NCBI RefSeq assembly: GCF_902459465.1
Contig: NC_047068.1
Coordinates: 12,586,001 to 12,650,000, forward strand
Origin: Asterias rubens
Lineage: Eukaryota
Reading direction: 5' to 3'
Length of the DNA stretch: 64,000 nt
Shown: positions 62,001 to 64,000 of the stretch, in pieces
Layout: every line of letters starts with the position of its first letter
How positions within the stretch are numbered: position 1 is the stretch's first letter
Translations under genes and position numbers: made by a program
Notes under the pieces: model-generated
Told to the model about the DNA's origin: nothing
The model's input: the letters and a program-made list of their open reading frames with translations, nothing else
Databases searched by the model: none

Positions 62001-62334
62001 TTTTAATGTTTTCTCAAAAAGTAAAGCATTTCATGAAATAATATTTACAGGGAAGTCTTTCACCATTCCCTTCTGTAAACCCTGTAAGTTATTTGTAAAT
62101 CTGCGAACTTTTAATTTTTGTTCTGTTCAGAAAGTGTCCAATGGCTTTAAGAGTACATTCTGAAATCTCAAAACGCATTTGTTACTTTTGTGTTCCTTTG
62201 GTTTGCTAATAACCTGGCAATGAATGGAAACATTCCCCAGTAACTTCCATCGGAAAGAAACTTACTTGCTCAGCAGATCCATCATTTCTTCGTACTTAGT
62301 AAACACCGTATTGGCCTCTTCAGATTGGATGATC
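15296..62334 (-). CDS. DNAH9: Axonemal outer-arm dynein beta heavy chain (DNAH9/DNAH11/DNAH17 co-orthologue), 5'-partial, 58 exons in window
   Basis: 58 GT-AG exons sum to 11554 nt in continuous phase, ending GVALLLQV*. P-loops [24 protein letters not shown] and GVGGSGKQ match the sea urchin beta chain pattern. The symbol is the nearest vertebrate family member, not a one-to-one orthology call. Confidence 0.97.
16860..17015. mobile_element. MITE fragment, family with TCCTAAG-rich subterminal repeats; relatives at about 30930, 46585 and 54076
   Basis: Shared AACTCGTCCTAAG..GTCCTAAGAT..TTTGGTGAAA motifs. Confidence 0.55.
22836..23060 (+). mobile_element. tRNA-derived SINE followed by a (CAT)13 microsatellite
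   Basis: ACTGCCTCTAGCT...GGTGGTCTA...GGGTTTGAGTCCCAC; same family as 33518-33670 (-); (CAT)n at 23021-23060. Confidence 0.7.
23493..23878 (-). mobile_element. Full-length TTAA MITE family A
   Basis: TTAA on both sides; TIR (A/G)GGCAGTGGACACTATTGGTAATT. Confidence 0.9.
24108..26804 (-). CDS. DNAH9: Dynein AAA5 exons (3)
   Basis: 26446-26804, 25103-25307, 24108-24413. [27 protein letters not shown]. Confidence 0.95.
24804..24997. repeat. GC-rich 17-bp minisatellite, about 11.4 units (GCCGGGAGCATGCCAGG)
   Basis: Units start at 24804, 24821, 24838 and onward; variants GCC/GAC and GGG/GAG. Confidence 0.95.
25524..25622. repeat. ~100-bp fold-back within an unclassified repeat
   Basis: 27-bp arms TAGTGGTTTAAACCC..CGAGGCCTGG (25/27 match) around CCTCGACTTCGTCTCGG. 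Confidence 0.75.
26167..26416. mobile_element. PIF/Harbinger-type MITE with CTG TSD
   Basis: TIR GG(G)CC(T)AATTTCATAGAGCTGCTT; CTG at 26164-26166 and 26417-26419. Confidence 0.85.
27329..30854 (-). CDS. DNAH9: Dynein stalk coiled coil and microtubule-binding domain exons (5)
   Basis: 30594-30854, 29864-30007, 29265-29546, 28263-28458, 27329-27441. [32 protein letters not shown]. Confidence 0.95.
27476..27700 (+). mobile_element. TTAA MITE family B fragment; relatives at 47097-47290 (+) and about 50400-50640 (-)
   Basis: TTAAAGGGAAGGTA terminus with a shared body. Confidence 0.65.
27900..28045 (-). mobile_element. CORE-like SINE fragment; relatives at about 25720, 34870 and 43670
   Basis: Reverse complement contains TCCTTGAGCAAGACACTTTAACC (MIR/CORE-like) behind a tRNA-like head. 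Confidence 0.6.
28048..28240. mobile_element. Unclassified MITE with AATAGACC termini
   Basis: 14-bp TIR AATAGACCGATCCA / TGGATCGGTCTATT; GC-rich interior. Confidence 0.75.
31440..34541 (-). CDS. DNAH9: Dynein AAA4 exons (5)
   Basis: 34348-34541, 33869-34031, 33012-33278, 32464-32625, 31440-31673. [26 protein letters not shown]. Confidence 0.95.
32070..32310 (+). mobile_element. Unclassified non-autonomous element with a terminal palindrome; reverse fragment at 988-1040
   Basis: TATCTTCAAGTACGCGCTAATCCTCCAATCAGATT is shared with 988-1040; TTATCACAC...GTGTGATAA palindrome. Confidence 0.55.
33518..33670 (-). mobile_element. tRNA-derived SINE
   Basis: Reverse complement has an A box (TGGTAGTCTAGTTGG) and B box (GGTTCGAGTCCC); matches 22836. 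Confidence 0.75.
35061..35169. mobile_element. 109-bp fold-back MITE
   Basis: CTAGGTGGCAGCAGACT / AGTCTGCTGCCATCTAG arms plus internal inverted segments. Confidence 0.75.
35232..38386 (-). CDS. DNAH9: Dynein AAA3 exons (4)
   Basis: 38182-38386, 36698-36966, 35920-36159, 35232-35393. [26 protein letters not shown]. Confidence 0.95.
36514..36615 (+). mobile_element. tRNA-Asn-like SINE, best copy
   Basis: GGGCTAGACAGCTCAGTTAATGGTAGAGCGCCGGCATGTTAATACAGAGGTCATTGGTTCGAATCCCAC, then a shared TTTGTTCAACCCC tail. Confidence 0.7.
37773..38137. mobile_element. Two abutting MITEs: a ~120-bp TIR element (37773-37893) and a Harbinger-type MITE (37897-38137, CTG TSD)
   Basis: GTCCGAAACGGTGATTTCAGCTACAGCTA is inverted at 37865-37893; GGCCCAACTTCATAGAGCTGC / GCAGCTCTTTGAAATTGGGCC. 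Confidence 0.8.
38962..45000 (-). CDS. DNAH9: Dynein AAA2 region exons (7)
   Basis: 44635-45000, 43478-43610, 42865-42992, 41731-41879, 41006-41139, 39981-40129, 38962-39135. [22 protein letters not shown]. Confidence 0.95.
39334..39567. mobile_element. MITE with (T)ATAGACCG termini
   Basis: ATAGACCG ... CGGTCTATT; interior has TGACGTCA and CAAAATGGCG. Confidence 0.65.
39600..39831. mobile_element. Harbinger-type MITE; further copies or ends at 41453-41647, about 49478-49597, 19779, 23900, 56371, 60598 and 61421
   Basis: GGCCAAATTTCATAGAGCTGC / GCAGCTCTTTGAATATGGGGC. Confidence 0.75.
40433..40823 (+). mobile_element. Full-length TTAA MITE family A
   Basis: TTAAAGGCAGTGGACACTATTGGTAATT ... 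AATTACCAATAGTGTCCAGTGTCTTTAA. Confidence 0.9.
42275..42588 (+). mobile_element. Near full-length tRNA-derived SINE with an A-rich tail
   Basis: A box TGGCCGAGCGGTTAAG, B box GGTTCGGATCCC, tail (A)n CAAAA. Confidence 0.8.
44372..44484. repeat. Fold-back with 43-bp arms and a 27-nt loop, inside a repeat family also at about 58607, 48740 and 31030
   Basis: ACCATGTGTGTATCTACTT(A/G)CCAGGTA(T/G)AGTTTGTTCTTAGAG inverted, with 2 mismatches. Confidence 0.85.
45417..47502 (-). CDS. DNAH9: Dynein AAA1 exons (5)
   Basis: 47342-47502, 46869-47025, 46291-46395, 45755-45912, 45417-45555. [45 protein letters not shown]. Confidence 0.96.
47671..47943 (+). mobile_element. TTAA MITE family A, 3'-truncated
   Basis: TTAAAGGCAGTGGACACTATTGG start. 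Confidence 0.8.
48460..62334 (-). CDS. DNAH9: Dynein tail and linker exons (19)
   Basis: 62266-62334, 61431-61557, 60629-61129, 59966-60148, 58869-59015, 58123-58377, 57234-57403, 56391-56613, 55624-55740, 55311-55397, 54620-54783, 53808-54045, 53170-53415, 52485-52709, 51742-51833, 51087-51213, 49770-49922, 49057-49290, 48460-48591. Motifs [26 protein letters not shown]. Confidence 0.93.
50644..51020. mobile_element. TTAA MITE family C
   Basis: AGGAACATTACAGAATTGGT / ACCAATTCTGTAACGTTCCTTTAA. Confidence 0.8.
51317..51585 (+). mobile_element. Old L2 LINE 3' relic
   Basis: Translates ...[15 protein letters not shown]...[10 protein letters not shown], homologous to the L2 C-terminus at 6600-6750; tail GTGCCTTATAAATGC.(ATT)n. 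Confidence 0.7.
57698..57841. repeat. Perfect 72-bp tandem duplication (2 units)
   Basis: CCACCGGGTGACGG...TTAATCAGAGC at 57698 and 57770. Confidence 0.95.
59390..59779. mobile_element. 390-bp whole-element palindromic TTAA MITE (family D)
   Basis: TTAAAGGAACACGTTGCCTTGGATCGGTCGAG arms continue to the centre GGGAGTCAAATTTTTGACTCCC. Confidence 0.9.
61774..62150. mobile_element. TTAA MITE family E
   Basis: TTAAAGC... / AAAGTGTCCAATGGCTTTAA; left TIR degenerate. Confidence 0.65.
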
Positions 62335-62820
62335 CTAAGACAAAGGTATATACAAAATAATCAATTTTGGTGCACTACCCTCGTATCATTCTTAATTCTA
62401 GCAAAGTGAACTTTTAAGGTCATACAAACATTAAAGCATCACAAAAATATTACATCCACCAGTATTGCCCCTGGCTAATGAACTGAGCGGGATATGCTAC
62501 AAACTTCACGCATTCTGCAAACTCACACAATATACGCCTCAATCTGCACACACAAATTTTCAGGTCTTCAAACATAGATGCTAAAAATATGGCTTGTACG
62601 TGACACAAAATGCGCACGTCCAGATTTTTCTTTATGGTGAATCTTCACAGGGAGGCGGTGATATTGACCCAAAACGTGAGTGAGTTGGTCAACAAATCTA
62701 GCGAGGTGAGCTCATGATGTTTGAATGAGCAGGGGAAACACTGACATCTGCAATAATAGACATAAACTTACAAACATCACTATCTTCAAATGTTTACAAA
62801 AAACTTCTCTTTGGGAGCTG

Positions 62821-63243
62821 AAAGGTGGGGTCATAGATTGGTTTTTGTAGGCAAAATTACAAAGAAAGATTTAAAAAAGATCATAAAAGTCACTATGTGA
62901 AAGTTTCCGTTGAATAGTACCAAAACTTGCTGAGTAAACAGCGACGAAAATCGTCACCGTATTTTCCAACTATCTTTGAATCCATCCACATTTATCGAGG
63001 TGACAGAGGGCACCAACTGCATCTCTGGCTGCAGCATTTGCGAACGGACACCAACCCTCGGCAATGTGAGAATCAATTCATGCATAAATCATTTCTCAGA
63101 TTGAAAAGTTTTGAAGTGAAAATTATCTGACTTCTAAGGGAATCCTTTCCAAAAAATAGTTGAAACTATCAACAGCTTCTCACCAAGTGAGTTTTTACGT
63201 TCATCAATTTTTGCACTTTACCAATCTATGACCCTACGTTTAA
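62821..63243. mobile_element. TTAA-type MITE family F, degenerate
   Basis: AAAGGTGGGGTCATAGATTGG / CCAATCTATGACCCTACGTTTAA. Confidence 0.55.
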
Positions 63244-63919
63244 GTGAATGCACATTTAATTTGGTAAATTTCCGTAGGCCTTTCATAAAAAAACATCAAC
63301 AAAATTGGCCTCTTTAAAACAAAGAACATTCAAAATGAAGAAAGAAAAAACACAGGTTTGAAAAGATAACAAACAACCCTGTTAAATAGAAAGCAATTAG
63401 TGACATTATTTTTTTATCCATCTCATTTAAAAGACAGGACAATACAGTAATCATATAAAAGTGCTTCCAAAGAACGACCGTTTGGGCTCTGTAAACATAT
63501 TGCAAAAATTAGTACCAACAATATATCAAGAACACAAAAATGAACCGTTGCTATATAAAAACCAAAGAACCAGAACACTGTGAAATCATTTCACCTCACA
63601 TGCGTTGCCAATAAGAGGATTACAAAGTGTGCAGTTATTTTATCTCTAAAATTAATTATGTGCATACATTATACTTAGTACAGTTCATCATTACTGTTTA
63701 GTCCACACAGGTCTTTCATTTGAAAACGCATATTGAGATGAATGTCGATCATAAATTCAAAGAACAGCAAGTCCCAACCACTGTCTGAAGGTATTTTCCC
63801 AGCATTGAAACCATGGGCAGCGCACCAAATGTGTGCCTCTTGTCACTATCCCCTGGAAGGGACGTACTGAAAAACAGTGCTGATTGGCTCCCAAATGTGA
63901 CTACATGCTTGTTAATAAC

Positions 63920-64000
63920 TCTTGAGCGCTTGTAGGATGCTTAGCATGGTCCCATGTGTTGTGTAACGCATGTAAAAGAACCCAGTGCACTTATCGAAAA
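63920..64000 (+). mobile_element. Probable SINE central domain running off the window
   Basis: GGTCCCATGTGTTGTGTAACGCATGTAAAAGAACCCAGTGCAC resembles conserved metazoan SINE domains (recalled, not searched). Confidence 0.4.

Noticed and set aside
62335-64000. Next upstream dynein exon
   Set aside because: No segment with compatible phase and dynein-like translation was found; it is presumably beyond the window.

Overview
Eukaryotic, AT-rich, intron-rich window from an invertebrate; the dynein sequence and repeat content suggest an echinoderm such as a sea star (inference). (1) 15296-62334 (-): 58 exons that I spliced by hand (all GT-AG, all phases compatible, 11554 nt, about 3850 aa) encode the C-terminal bulk of an outer-arm axonemal dynein beta heavy chain (DNAH9/11/17 family). 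Its 5' end lies beyond the window. (2) 4758-10981 (+): a Ty3/Gypsy (Mag/SURL-like) LTR retrotransposon with identical 153-bp LTRs. An antisense, 5'-truncated, open-frame L2 LINE splits its gag-pol ORF. It sits inside one copy of a ~230-bp tandem duplication whose second copy shows the empty site, and a Merlin-like MITE lies 13 bp from the 3' LTR. (3) 1074-3281 (-): an unrecognised spliced gene for a 312-aa two-TM protein with 19 GAPPQ repeats, YPQVPP repeats and a terminal overlapping PSAP/PPxY motif. Introns are packed with TTAA (Kolobok-type) and CWG (Harbinger-type) MITEs, tRNA-derived SINEs, L2 relics, fold-back elements and minisatellites. No CRISPR, rRNA or genuine tRNA genes were seen. 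All coordinates were read by eye; family assignments come from recalled motifs, not database searches.
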